Shown: one piece after another, positions 25,858 to 38,087 of the stretch
How the letters are laid out: each line of letters starts with the position of its first letter
Numbering within the stretch: position 1 is the stretch's first letter
Position numbers and translations under genes: made by a program
Assembly: GCF_000143415.4 (NCBI RefSeq)
Contig: NW_003314305.1
Coordinates: 495,709 to 559,708 of the forward strand
DNA from: Selaginella moellendorffii
Lineage: Eukaryota; Plantae; Lycopodiophyta
DNA: 64,000 nucleotides
Direction: 5' to 3'
The notes under the pieces: model-generated
What the model saw: the letters and a program-made list of their open reading frames with translations, nothing else
Databases searched by the model: none
What the model was told of the DNA's origin: nothing

Positions 25858-28800
25858 TGTAAGGAACCAACTCGCCGAGGTGTCGTAGGCTAAAGGAACC
25901 TCGAAAGCATGACCAAAATGACAAAGAGTTCATCGGATGGGACCAAGTCGAAGATCGAGTCCAAGACCGACTCTAGGACCGAGTTCGAGATAGAGTCCGG
26001 AATCGAGTCCGAGACCGACTCGGGGACCGAGTCCGAGACCGAGTTCGAGACCGAGTTCGAGATGGAGTCCGAGATCCGAAATCGGGTCGGAGACCGAGTC
26101 AGAGGTCGAGTCCGAGGTCGGGTCTGAGATCGGGTCCAAGATCGAGTCCGAGATCGAGTCCGAACCCGAATCCGAAGTCGGATCCGAAATCGGGTCCGAG
26201 ATCGAGCCAAAGACTAAGTCCAAATACTAATACGGGTCAAGGGGTGAAAGCCCAAAGCGTGCGTCTCCCAGGGGGGGGGGGGGGGGGGGGCTGCAGGGGG
26301 TTCCAAAAGTATAGTAGGGATAGTGAGGTCCAGGAACCAGTTTAGAAGGGACTCTCCAGTGGGGCTCCCAAACTGACTTGAGGTTGGGACTGGGACCGAG
26401 GGGCCTTGGGTGGGAGTGAGCATGGACTTGGTTGGTGCCGGAGGGGCCATCCAAAGAAGTGCTCATGAGCAACTCCTACTCCCGAAAAGGAAACCGATTG
26501 CGGTGCTCCCGGCTCATGTGGAGTGGTCAACCACTTGAGTACCATGCGGCTCATTGGTCCTCGCCCTTCCTAGGGGCTTGGGCCTTCCTTCGGGATGGAA
26601 GTGGGGGGCGAGAGGTACCCATACCGGGCCGTTAGGCCACGGTGTTTCGCCCCGGCATCCCGAAGCAAGTGTTGCACTCAAGACTTGGGATTTAGAGGGT
26701 CCCATGATCAAGTCTTGTGGTACCAAAGGATGTTAGGAACCTGGAAGCTTGGTGTGCTTGGCTGCTTGTGCTTGCGGGGAGTGTAGCCGAACTTTAAGTC
26801 CAGTCTAACCCGGGGAGGGGGATTGGGAGTGATTTGGGAATCCGTGGAAGGATGGCTAACACTCCGTTGCTCGTGCAGTGAGTAGCTGAGACCAAGTAGG
26901 AGCTGGTACCATAGGCGAGAACCTTGGCAAGGGAACTTAGCAAAAGCCAAGGCGGTGTTGGACGGATAGACGAGGTAAGCTGGCAAATTGGAAAGGAAAA
27001 ATTTGTGGCTTACAATTTGGTATCGGAGCCTTTATCTTAGTTCTAGCGAAGGATAGAGGCGGATTGTTGGGAGATGGCAAGGGCAGGGTGTAAGCGAACC
27101 CAGGCGGAGACGGAACCTCTGCCGGAGCTGGAGCCTCCGATCGAACAAGAGGCTATGGATGAGGAATCCTTGCATGAGGAGGACTCTAGTGAGGAAACTT
27201 CCAAACAGGAGTCCGGTGGCGAGGTTCGGTCGTCCAAGGCTTGATTGGACGTGCTAGAAGGACAGTTGGCACAGACCAATGCACTGCTGGAAACTCTCGT
27301 ACGCAAGCTAAAGCGTGACGAGAGGCGGAAGAAAAAGAAAAAGACTGCGGATGCTGGCAGTGCAGAAGGTGCGGATCTTTCGGCCGGGACTGAGGCAAAA
27401 CCAGACAAGGTCGAACAGATCGAAGTAGAATCAGTCCCTCAGGCAATTCCCAAGTACAAACCAAAGCCCCCACCGGTTTTCAAGGGAGTGAACGACTATA
27501 AAGTGGTGGAGGATTGGTTTTACGATATGGAGGACTACTTCCGAGCGTTGCGATTACCGAGCTTGGAGAAGGTCCCATGTGCAAAACCATACTTGGCAGA
27601 TAATGCCAAGTCTTGGTGGAGAACGACGGAGGCCAACGAAGGACCAGTGGCCACTTGGGACATGATGAAGGCGAGGATCCGCGCAACATACGTTCCTCCG
27701 AATGCCACTCTACATCTAAGAGATGAGCTGAGTAGGCTGAAGCAGACTGGAACCATCCAGGAATATGTGAATGGGTTCATGGCAAAGAGGATACTTGTCA
27801 TGGACATGGGGGATATGGATGCGTTCCATGCCTTTATATCAGGTTTGCAAACCTGGGCTCGCGGTGAGGTGATGCGGTAGAACCCGACCAACTACAAGGA
27901 AGCGTTGGATGCGGCCATCAAGGTGCATTTCAACGATAACCTGCGAAAGGGGAACACGACGGGGTCGGGATCCACATTTAGCAAAGGGGCTAAACCAAGG
28001 GGAACGTATAGCAAGGGGAAATTCAAAAAGAGTTTCTCTAAGAATGAGTCCTCGGGGTTCCGGAAAGGCAAATCCAGTGGCCAGCGAGCGAGTACGTGGG
28101 GGAGTCAAGTGAAAAAAGATAAACCCACGGATAAGAAGGTCAAGTCGTATAGCAGCGTGGGAAACAACGTATGCTACAACTGCGGCGAAGCGGGACACTT
28201 CTCGAACCCGAAGAAGGCAAGAGCCAATATGGCCATCAAGTCGGGTGAAGTCCAAACTGAGGTATGTGATCCAGTCCCTAACTCAAAGTTACTCATTACA
28301 CGAGCAACTTTGGTAGAGAGTCGTTCGCGACATCTACTAGCCCTCCGAGGGAAGCTCGGAGGTAGCTTTGTTAAGATCCTTATTGACACGGGTGCTTCGG
28401 ATAATTTTGTGGCTGCAGACATAGTCCGGCAAGCCGGACTAACGGTGCAGCGGCTAGGCGAACCAAGGACTATAGAGTTTGTTCAGGGTAGCCAAAGCAC
28501 CGATGAGGTACTTCGACAAGTGAGAGTCGAAGTGGGGACATGGAAAGTGGACATGGATTTCACCGTCTTGGACATGGCGGGATTTGACGTGATCTTCGGA
28601 ATGGATTGGTTTAATTGGTTCGTGGTAGCCCTGCATGGACAAGGTAGGAACCTTGTGGTATTGGCGAATGCCCAAGGAAGAAGATCTAGGGTGGAGGCCC
28701 AGGATCTAAAGGTAGGGCAAAGCAAGGCCAAAGAGTCATGCTTAAACCTGGTGTCCACGAGAGGACAACTCACTAAAGGAACTAAGGCAGCCTTTTTGTG

Positions 28801-31800
28801 TTTACTCTCGGTGAAGAGTGACAAAAAGACAAGAATGGAAGAAGTACCTTTAGTGATCCAGCAGGTGCTGGACCAATTCCAGGATACCATGCCGGAGGAG
28901 CTACCGGCAGGGTTGCCCCCCGCACGACCGATAGAACATAAGATTGAGCTGGTCGAGGGTGCTGAGGCGGTGGTTCGTCCACCCTATCGATTGAACGAAA
29001 AAGAACTCAAGGAGCTCAAGAGCCAACTAGAGGAGTTGGTGGACAAAGGGTATGTTAGGTTGAGCAAGTCGCTGTATGGGGCGCCGGTGCTATTTGTGAA
29101 AAAGAAAGATGGATCTATGCGCATGTGCATAGACTACCGGTTGCTCAACAAGTATACCAAGAAGAACAAGTACCCTTTACCAAGGATCGAGGACCTGTTC
29201 GATAGGTTGGGAAAGGCAAAATACTTCTCGAGGATTGACCTAAGGTCAGGATACTACCAGATCAGGGTAGCTGAGGAAGATGTTGAGAAGACAACCTGTC
29301 GAACGAGGTATGAGAGCTTTGAGTTTCTGGTGATGCCCTTTGGGCTGTGCAATGCGCCGGCAACGTTTTTGGCGTTGATGAACCACATCTTTGTACCCTA
29401 TCTGGATCACTTCGTGGTCGTCTATATCGACGATATCCTGATCTATAGCGAGACACTAGAGGAGCATGCCGAACATTTGGCGAAGGTGTTTGAGAAACTA
29501 AGGGAACACAAACTGTATGCTAAAGAGAGCAAATGTGACTTTGCTCAACAAGAGGTAAAGTTTCTCGGGCATGTGGTGGGCCAGGACGGGCTCAAGGTGG
29601 ACCCGGAGAAGGTCCAAGCGATCCAGGAATGGGAGCAACCTTCGAATGTACATGAGTTGAGGGCGTTCTTGGGGCTATGCAACTACTATCGAAAGTTTAT
29701 CAGACACTATTCGAGAGTAGCCCTGCCCTTAACGGACCAAACAGGAAAAGGGAAGATGGTATGGACAGCGGAATGCGAGGCGGCATTCGTCCACCTCAAA
29801 GGGAAGTTGAGGAAGGCTCCGGTGTTGGCATTACCAAATTTTGGTAAGGACTTTGAGGTAGACACGGATGCTTTGGACTTTGCGTTAGGCGCAGTTTTGA
29901 AGCAAGACAACCATCCAGTAGCGTTCTTCTCGAAGAAGTTGGACAAGGCTCAACGGAAGTGGCCTGCCCACGAGAAGGAATTGTTTGCGGTGGTCAAGGC
30001 GCTCAAGGAGTGGTGACACTACCTTGGGAGACACTTCAAGGTTTACACAGACAATGTGGCAATGAAACACTTTTTGTCACAGCCCGACCTAAGAGGGAAA
30101 CAAGGTCGGTGGGCCAATGCCTTGGCCGAGTTTGATTGCGAGATTCTGTACAAGCCTGGGAAGAGCAACATCGTGGCAGATGCGCTAAGTCGAAAAGCGA
30201 GCTTGAGGTTGGCGATCTTCAGCGCAACAGCAACCTTTTGGGACGATGTGCGGACAGTATATGAGAACGATGGTCTAGCACAAGAAGTGTTGTTGAGGAA
30301 TCTGGAGGCGCGGGAAGCTCACCAGAGAGGTGAGCTGCCAACGGAAGAGAAAATGGGCTATGCGGAACGCAACGGACTCATTTATTACAAGCAAACGAGG
30401 GTATATGTTCCAGAAGGGGGACTAAGGAAGGTAGCCTTAGAAGAGTGTCATGACGGACCTCTTGCGGGACATGGCGGAGTGCCCAAGACGATGGGCTTAC
30501 TCAAGAGGAAGTACCATTGGCCAGATATGGCTAAGGACGTCCAAGACTATGTAAAGACATGTCCAACATGTAAGCAGGTCAAAGCCGTGACTAAGGCTAG
30601 TGGGGGCTTGTTGCAAAGCATCCCAATTCCAGATCGTCCGTGGAAATGTCTTACGATGGACTTCATCACGGGACTACCCCCAAGCGAGGGGTTCGATGCG
30701 ATATTCGTGGTGGTGGATCGATTTTCGAAGATGGCACATTTCATACCCACCACAACGGAAGTGGATGTGGAAGGTGTGGCGAAGCTGTTCTTCGAACAAG
30801 TGGTTTGAGTGCGGGGAAGGCCAGAAGAGATTATCTCAGATCAAGATAAGATCTTCACTAGTAGGTTCTGGAGGACCCTCCTGGAACAGTATCGCACCAA
30901 GTTGAAATTCAGCACAGCCTATCACCCACAGACAGGTATGGGGTATTAAGTCAAGTTTGGTGGTCCTAACACTTCTTGACAGACGGACAAACGGAAAGGG
31001 TGAATAGGCAGCTGGAGGATTATTTGCGATGCTATGTCTCGGGAGACCAGACCTATTGGGTAAGTCATTTGGGACTTGCGGAAATGTGTTATAACAACTC
31101 ACCACATTCGAGTATCGGGGTGAGTCCATGGGAAGTCATCAATGGGCGAGCTATTGAAGGTCCTATGGAACTCGGCGTGGCCGAGTATCATGGAGAGCTA
31201 CCCGCAGTGGAGGCATTCACGGCGGAAAGACTCAACATTTGGAATCTAGTGAGGGATTCCTTGGAACGGGCTCAACAAAGGCAAACCAAGTATGCGAACC
31301 TAAAGCGCTGGGATGTAGAGTTCCAAGCTGGGGAGAAGGTGTGGCTGAACACTAAGAACCTCAGGCTACCAAGTGGGATCAGCCGAAAGTTGACCCAAAG
31401 GTAAAAATGCATGTATTCCTGTAAATGAATTGATCTTGAGTTCCTTAAGCAGGTTCGCGGGGCCTTACGAGATTGAGGCACGAATCGGTAAAGTGGCTTA
31501 CCGACTCCGACTTCCTCGAGAGATGGGGAAGATGCACCCAGTGTTCCACGTGAACTTACTCAAACCGTACTTTGAGGATCCGCTTCGCAAGGACCAAGTA
31601 AGACCTTTACCTGAGGTTATCCAAGGGGAAGAGGAATACGAAGTCGAGGCCATCCTCAATGCGCGCAAGAGCAAGCGACAAGGACGCGAGGTGAGAGAGT
31701 TCCATGTGAAGTGGAAAGGATTTCCACACTGCGAAGCAACATGGGAACCGGAGGAGAACCTAGCGAACGCGCGAGATCTAGTGGAGGAATTTCTGCAAGG

Positions 31801-33386
31801 CAGAACTCTATGTACTTATGCAAAGTTCAATTAAAGTATCAATTTGCAAAGTTGAGCAAGTGGCATATGTTGGGACCCGAAGGCGCGCCGAAGGTAAGCT
31901 AATTAGCATGGGTTAGCTAGGTCGACCAGGCGTAGGGAGCTACGCCCGACTCCCTGCGGGGATGTCGAATCCGTAGACGTATTCTACGGAGGTTGGGTTT
32001 GAGTCCCAACCCCCTAGTAAAGCAAGGCTGGGTTCAAGTCCCGACCCTATACTAGGGCGTGGTGAGATGAGGAGTATAGGGACACCTATATTCCATTGTC
32101 ATGGGCTCTTGGCCGGGGAGGCTAACTTAGGCACACCGCTAAGTGGGGGGATGCCCCCGGAGACATGGTCAACAAGTCGTAGGATAAAACGAAACGTTCG
32201 ATGTGGGCATCAAACTTCTTCTATGGGTGGTGGAGTTGTAAGGAACCAACTCGCTGAGGTGTCGTAGGCTAAATGAACCCCGAAAGCATGACCAAAATGA
32301 CAAAGAGTTCATCGGATGGGACCAAGTCGAAGATCGAGTCCAAGACCGACTCTAGGACCGAGTTCGAGATAGAGTCCGGAATCGAGTCCGAGACCGACTC
32401 GGGGACCGAGTTCGAGTCCGAGTTCGAGACCGAGTTTGAGATGGAGTCCGAGATCCGAAATCGGGTCCGAGACCGAGTCCGAGGTCGAGTCCGAGGTCGG
32501 GTCCGAGATTGGGTCCAAGATCGAGTCCGAGATCGAGTCCGAACCCGAATCTGAAGTCGGATCCGAAATCGGGTCCGAGATCGAGCCAAAGACTAAGTCC
32601 AAATACTAATACGGGTCAAGGGGTGAAAGCCCAAAGCGTGCGTCTCCCAGGGGGGGGGGGGGCTGCAGGGGGTTCCAAAAGTATAGTAGGGATAGTGAGG
32701 TCCAGGAACCAGTTTAGAAGGGACTCTCCAGTGGGGCTCCCAAACTGACTTGAGGTTGGGACTGGGACCGAGGGGCCTTGGGTGGGAGTGAGCATGGACT
32801 TGGTTGGTGCCGGAGGGGCCATCCAAGGAAGTGCTGAAGAGCAGCTCCCACTCCCGAAAGGGAAACCGATTGCGGTGCTCTCGGCTCATGTGGAGTGGTG
32901 CCCCACTTGAGTACCATGCGGCTCATTGGTCCTCGCCCTTCCTAGGGGCTTGGGCCTTCCTTCGGGATGGAAGTGGGGGGCGAGAGGTACCCATACCGGG
33001 CCGCTAGGCCACGGTGTTTCGCCCCGGCGTCCCGAAGCAAGTGTTGCACTCAAGACTTGGGATTTAGAGGGTCCCATGATCAAGTCTTGTGGTACCAAAG
33101 GATGTTAGGAACCTGGAAGCTTGGTGTGCTTGGCTGCTTGTGCTTGCGGGGAGTGTAGCCGAACTTTAAGTCCAGTCTAACCCGGGGAGGGGGATTGGGA
33201 GTGATTTGGGAATCCGTGGATGGATGGCTAACACTCCGTTGCTCGTGCAGTGAGTAGCTGAGACCAAGTAGGAGCTGGTACCATAGGCGAGAACCTTGGC
33301 AAGGGAACTTAGCAAAAGCCAAGGCGGTGTTGGACGGATAGACGAGGTAAGCTGGCAAATTGGAAAGGAAAAATTTGTGGCTTACA
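25858..33386 (+). mobile_element. Full-length chromodomain Ty3/Gypsy LTR retrotransposon (copy C); LTRs 25858-27014 and 32237-33386; TSD CCGAC
   Basis: TG..CA LTRs of ~1.15 kb, PBS tggtatcggagc (tRNA-iMet) after 27014, PPT before 32237, CCGAC at 25853-25857 and 33387-33391. Confidence 0.96.
27074..31834 (+). pseudogene. gag-pol (Gag, zinc knuckle, protease, RT, RNase H, integrase, chromodomain) with in-frame stops at 27878, 30014, 30806 and two introns (30936-30982, 31401-31452)
   Basis: [49 protein letters not shown]|DGQTER, KLTQR|FAGPY, EYEVEAIL...VKWKGF...TWEP. Confidence 0.94.
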
Positions 33387-36300
33387 CCGACGTCCCGAAG
33401 CAAGTGTTGCACTCAAGATTTGGGATTTAGAGGGTCCCATGATCAAGTCTTGTGGTACCAAGGGATATTAGGAACCTGGAAGCTTGGTGTGCTTGGCTGC
33501 TTGTGCTTGCGGGGAGTGTAGCCGAACCTTAAGTCCAGTCTAACCCGGGGAGGGGGATTGGGAGTGATTTGGGAATCCGTGGATGGATGGCTAACACTCC
33601 GTTGCTCGTGCAGTGAGTAGCTAAGACCAAGTAGGAGCTGGTACCATAGGCGAGAACCTTGGCAAGGGAACTTAGCAAAAGCCAAGGCGGTGTTGGACGG
33701 ATAGACGAGGTAAGCTGGCAAATTGGAAAGGAAAAATTTGTGGCTTACAATTTGGTATCGGAGCCTTTATCTCAGTTCTAGCGAAGGATAGAGGCGGATT
33801 GTTGGGAGATGGCAAGGGCAGGGTGTAAGCGAACCCAGGCGGAGACGGAACCTCTGCCGGAGCTGGAGCCTCCGATCGAACAAGAGGCTATGGATGAGGA
33901 ATCCTTGCATGAGGAGGACTCTAGTGAGGAAACTTCCAAACAGGAGTCCGGTGGCGAGGTTCGGTCGTCCAAGGCTTGATTGGACGTGCTAGAAGGACAG
34001 TTGGCACAGACCAATGCACTGCTGGAAACTCTCGTACGCAAGCTAAAGCGTGACGAGAAGCGGAAGAAAAAGCGAAAGACTGCGGATGCTGGCAGCGCAG
34101 AAGGTGCGGACCCTTCGGCAGGGACTGAGGCAAAACCAGACAAGGTCGAACAGACTAAAGTGGAATCAGTCCCTCAGGCAGTTCCCAAGTACAAACCAAA
34201 GCCCCCACCGGTGTTCAAGGGAATGAACGACTATAAGGTTGTGGAGGATTGGTTTTACGATATGGAGGACTACTTTCGAGCGTTGCGATTACCGAGCTCA
34301 GAGAAGGTCCCATGTGCAAAACCATACTTGGCAGATAATGCCAAGTCTTGGTGGAGAACAACGGAGGCCAACGAAGGACCGGTGGCCACCTAGGACATGA
34401 TGAAGGCGAGGATCCGCCCAACATACGTTCCTCCGAATGCCACTCTGCATCTGAGAGATGAGCTGAGTAGGCTGAAGCAGACTGGAACCATCCAGGAATA
34501 TGTGAATGGGTTCATGACAAAGAGGATACTTGTCACGGACATGGGGGATATGGATGCGTTCCATGCCTTTATATCAGGTTTGCAAACCTGGGCTCGCGGT
34601 GAAGTGATGCGGTGGAACCCGACCAACTACAAGGAAGTGTTAGATGCGGCCATCAAGGTGCATTTCAATGATAACCTGCGAAAGGGGAACACGACGGGGT
34701 CGGGATCCACGTTTAGCAAAGGGGCTAAACCAAGGGGAACGTATAGCAGGGGGAAATTCAAGAAGAGTTTCTCTAAGAATGAGTCCTCGGGGTTCCGGAA
34801 AGGCAAATCCGGTGGCCAGCGAGCGAGTACGTGGGGGAGTCAAGTGAAAAGAGACAAACCCACGGATAAGAAGGTCAAGTCATATAACAGCGTGGGAAAC
34901 AATGTATGCTACAACTGCGGTGAAGCGGGACACTTCTCGGGCTATGCAACTATTATCGAAAGTTTATCAGACACTATTCGAGAGTAGCCCTGCCCTTAAT
35001 GGACCAAACGGGAAAAGGGAAGATGGTATGGACAGCGGAATGCGAGGCAGCATTCGTCCACCTCAAAGGGAAGTTGAGGAAGGCCCCCGTGTTGGCATTA
35101 CTAGACTTTGGTAAGGACTTTGAGGTAGAAACAGATGCTTTAGACTTTGCGTTGGGCGCAGTTTTGAAGCAGGACAACCATCCAGTAGCATTCTTCTCGA
35201 AGAAGTTGGACAAGGCTCAACGGAAGTGGCCTGCCCATGAGAAGGAATTGTTTGCGGTGGTTAAGGCGCTCAAGGAGTGGCGACACTACCTTGGGAGACA
35301 CTTCAAAGTTTACACGGATAATGTGGCAACGAAACACTTTTTGTCACAGCCCGACCTAAGGGGAAAACAAGGTCGGTGGGCCAATGCTTTGGCCGAGTTT
35401 GATTGCGAGATCTTGTACAAGCCTGGGAAGAGCAACATCGTGGCAGATGCGCTAAGTAGAAAAGCGAGCTTGAAGTTGGCGATATCTAGCGCGACAGCAA
35501 CCTTTTGGGATGATGTGCGGACTGCATACGAGAACGATGGTCTAGCACAAGAAGTGTTGTTGAGGAATCTGGAGGCGTGGGAAGCTCACCAGAGAGGTGA
35601 GCTGCCAACGGAAGAGAAAATGGGCTATGCGGAACGCAACGGACTCATTTATTACAAGCAAACGAGGGTATATGTTCCAGAAGGGGGACTAAGGAAGGTA
35701 ACCTTAGAAGAGTGTCATGACAGACCTCTTGCGGGACACGGCGGAGTGCCCAAGACGATGGGCTTACTCAAGAGGAAGTACCATTGGCCAGATATGGCTA
35801 AGGACGTCCAAGACTATGTAAAGACATGTCCAACATGTCAGCAGGTCAAAGCTGTGATAAAGGCTAGTGGGGGCTTGTTGCAAAGCATCCCAATTCCAGA
35901 TCGTCCGTGGAAATGTCTTACGATGGACTTCATCACGGGACTACCCCGAAGCGAGGGGTTCGATACGATATTTGTGGTGGTGGACCGATTTTCAAAGATG
36001 GCACATTTCATACCCACCACAACGGATGTGGATGCGGAAGGTGTGGCGAAGCTGTTCTTCAAACAAGTGGTTCGAGTGCGGGGAAGGCCGGAAGAGATTA
36101 TCTCAGATCGAGATAAGATCTTCACTAGTAGGTTCTGGAGGACACTTCTAAAACAGTATCGCACCAAGTTGAAATTCAGCACAGCCTATCACCCACAGAC
36201 AGGTAATGGGTATTAAGTCAAGATTGATGGCACTAACACTTCTTGACAAACGGACAAACGGAAAGGGTGAATAGGCAGCTGGAGGATTATTTGTGATGCT

Positions 36301-36738
36301 ATGTCTCGGGAGACCAGACCGACTGGGTAAGTCATTTGGGACTTGCGGAAATGTGTTATAACAACTCACCACATTCGAGCATCGGGGTGAGTCCATGGGA
36401 AGTCATCAATGGGCGAGCTATTGAAGGTCCTGTGGAACTTGGCGTGGCCGAGTATCATGGAGAGTTACCCGCAGTGGAGGCATTCACGGTGGAAAGACTC
36501 AACATTTGGAATCTAGTGAGGGATTCCTTGGAACGGGCTCAACAAAGGCAAACTAAGTACGTGAATCAAAGGCGTCGGGATGTGGAGTTCCAAGCTGGGG
36601 AGAAGGTGTGGCTGAACACCAAGAACCTCAGGCTACCAAGTGGGATCAGTCGGAAGTTGACCCAAAGGTAAAAATGCATGTATTCTTGTAAATGAATTGA
36701 TCTTGAGTTCCTTAAGCAGGTTCACGGGGCCTTACAAG
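33387..36738 (+). mobile_element. Remainder of chromovirus copy B (host of copy C): 3' part of its 5' LTR, PBS, gag, protease/RT deleted at ~34939, RNase H-integrase, truncated at 36738
   Basis: LTR resumes after TSD CCGAC and ends 33749; collinear with copy C except a ~1.47-kb deletion; same two introns. Confidence 0.92.
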
Positions 36739-37198
36739 CTCTATTTCATTAAAGTGGGAATTGTCATTATCCCACTTGTAAAATAAGGTTTCCAAACCTT
36801 TATATAGTATATAAATATAACAAAATTCAACTGCATTGAGGCACATGCCATTTTATTTTAAACAAGGAAATGTCTACTCAATCACTTCTCCTCCCCCTGC
36901 CACTGCTTCACCTCTCTCTTCTCCTTGTCATCGTCGTCTAATTTCTTTCCATCCTTTTAATATTGGCTCAGTTGCTCCGAGTCTAGGTGGAGCCCAAGTC
37001 CCCATTCAATCTTTACTTTCCCCTTATTAATAAAACAACTTCGTAGACTTCTAATAACATGCTGTAACACTTCTAGTATAATGCAAATCCTCTCAAAGAA
37101 TTGTCTTTTAATATTAATACAATGGCATGGAACCCCATGCTATAATAAGTTACATTTTTAAATAAATACATGCCATCTCAGACTGTTATTTTGTGCCT

Positions 37199-38040
37199 CT
37201 AACGCCTATACAATAATCTTGGAATTTCATCACTCTCCACACTATCAGGATTTAAACCCAATAGTAATGCCATCTCTTCTCTAATATGTCCACGCTCATG
37301 TTCAATGGTTGAAGAACCCATCCGGTTGAGCAGATTATGGAGATGCGGATAGTGCTTGGCTAGACAATATACATGCCATAAATGATGACTGGTGTCTGTC
37401 CGATCAAATGGCTTCTGATATACCGTTCCATCTGCCATTTGGTTGATTTCTGCAGCCACCTCCTGGACTGGCCGGTTCTCTATCACCATCGCTTCAAGCC
37501 GTTTTGCAAGGTCCCCCAGAACATACGGTTTCTTCTCCCTAGTTTTCATACTACAAGAGATGGGGTGCACTGCATATGTGTGCGTGTTCGCTGCAGTTTT
37601 AATCGGCGAGTCATCGATGATGAGGATTTCACTTGACCTAACAGTCCGGTTCATCACTACAGTCTCTGGCTTGACGAAGATGGGTTTGCTACCCCTCACA
37701 TGGACCATAGTCAAGCAATCCTCCTGCGTTAGGAGAAAGTCAAATGGTAATATTACTTGCGTCTGATCGTGCATCATCTGTAGCAACGTTAATGCATTGT
37801 GGCGCATCATGGATGTCCAAACTCCCAATTGCAAATTGAACCCGGCCCTCTGTTTTAAGTGTCGCATGGTCATTATTAGATCTCACAGTTTCTCCCGTGT
37901 GATTAATGTGAATCTGTCTCTTTTGACCAACTTGCGACCGCAGGCTTTGGAGGGTGCAGTGACATTCGAGGACGAGCCAAGCTCATGGGAGAAAAGGACA
38001 CCGTTCATATCAAAAACGATACAGTACTTTCGCCGTGACT
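37199..38040 (-). pseudogene. FCP1/NIF-like HAD phosphatase domain (last exon of cargo gene), one in-frame TGA
   Basis: KYCIVFDMNGVL, LGVWTSMMRHN, FLLTQEDC, PIFVKP, ILIIDDSPIK; AG acceptor next to 38040, phase-compatible with the upstream exon. Confidence 0.72.
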
Positions 38041-38087
38041 CTGAAATGAAATGCGTCAGCATAAAAAATGGTACAAGTCAATTTTAC

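Noticed and set aside
23477-26660. Repeated short ORFs (MTKMTKSS..., MSRMVLKW...) or CRISPR-like array
   Set aside because: Translations of tandem LTR units and hexamer repeats; no unique spacers, no cas genes, eukaryotic context
36739-36790. Terminal inverted repeat of the large DNA transposon
   Set aside because: Only a local hairpin (aagtggga...tcccactt); no matching right end, since the element is truncated at ~47785
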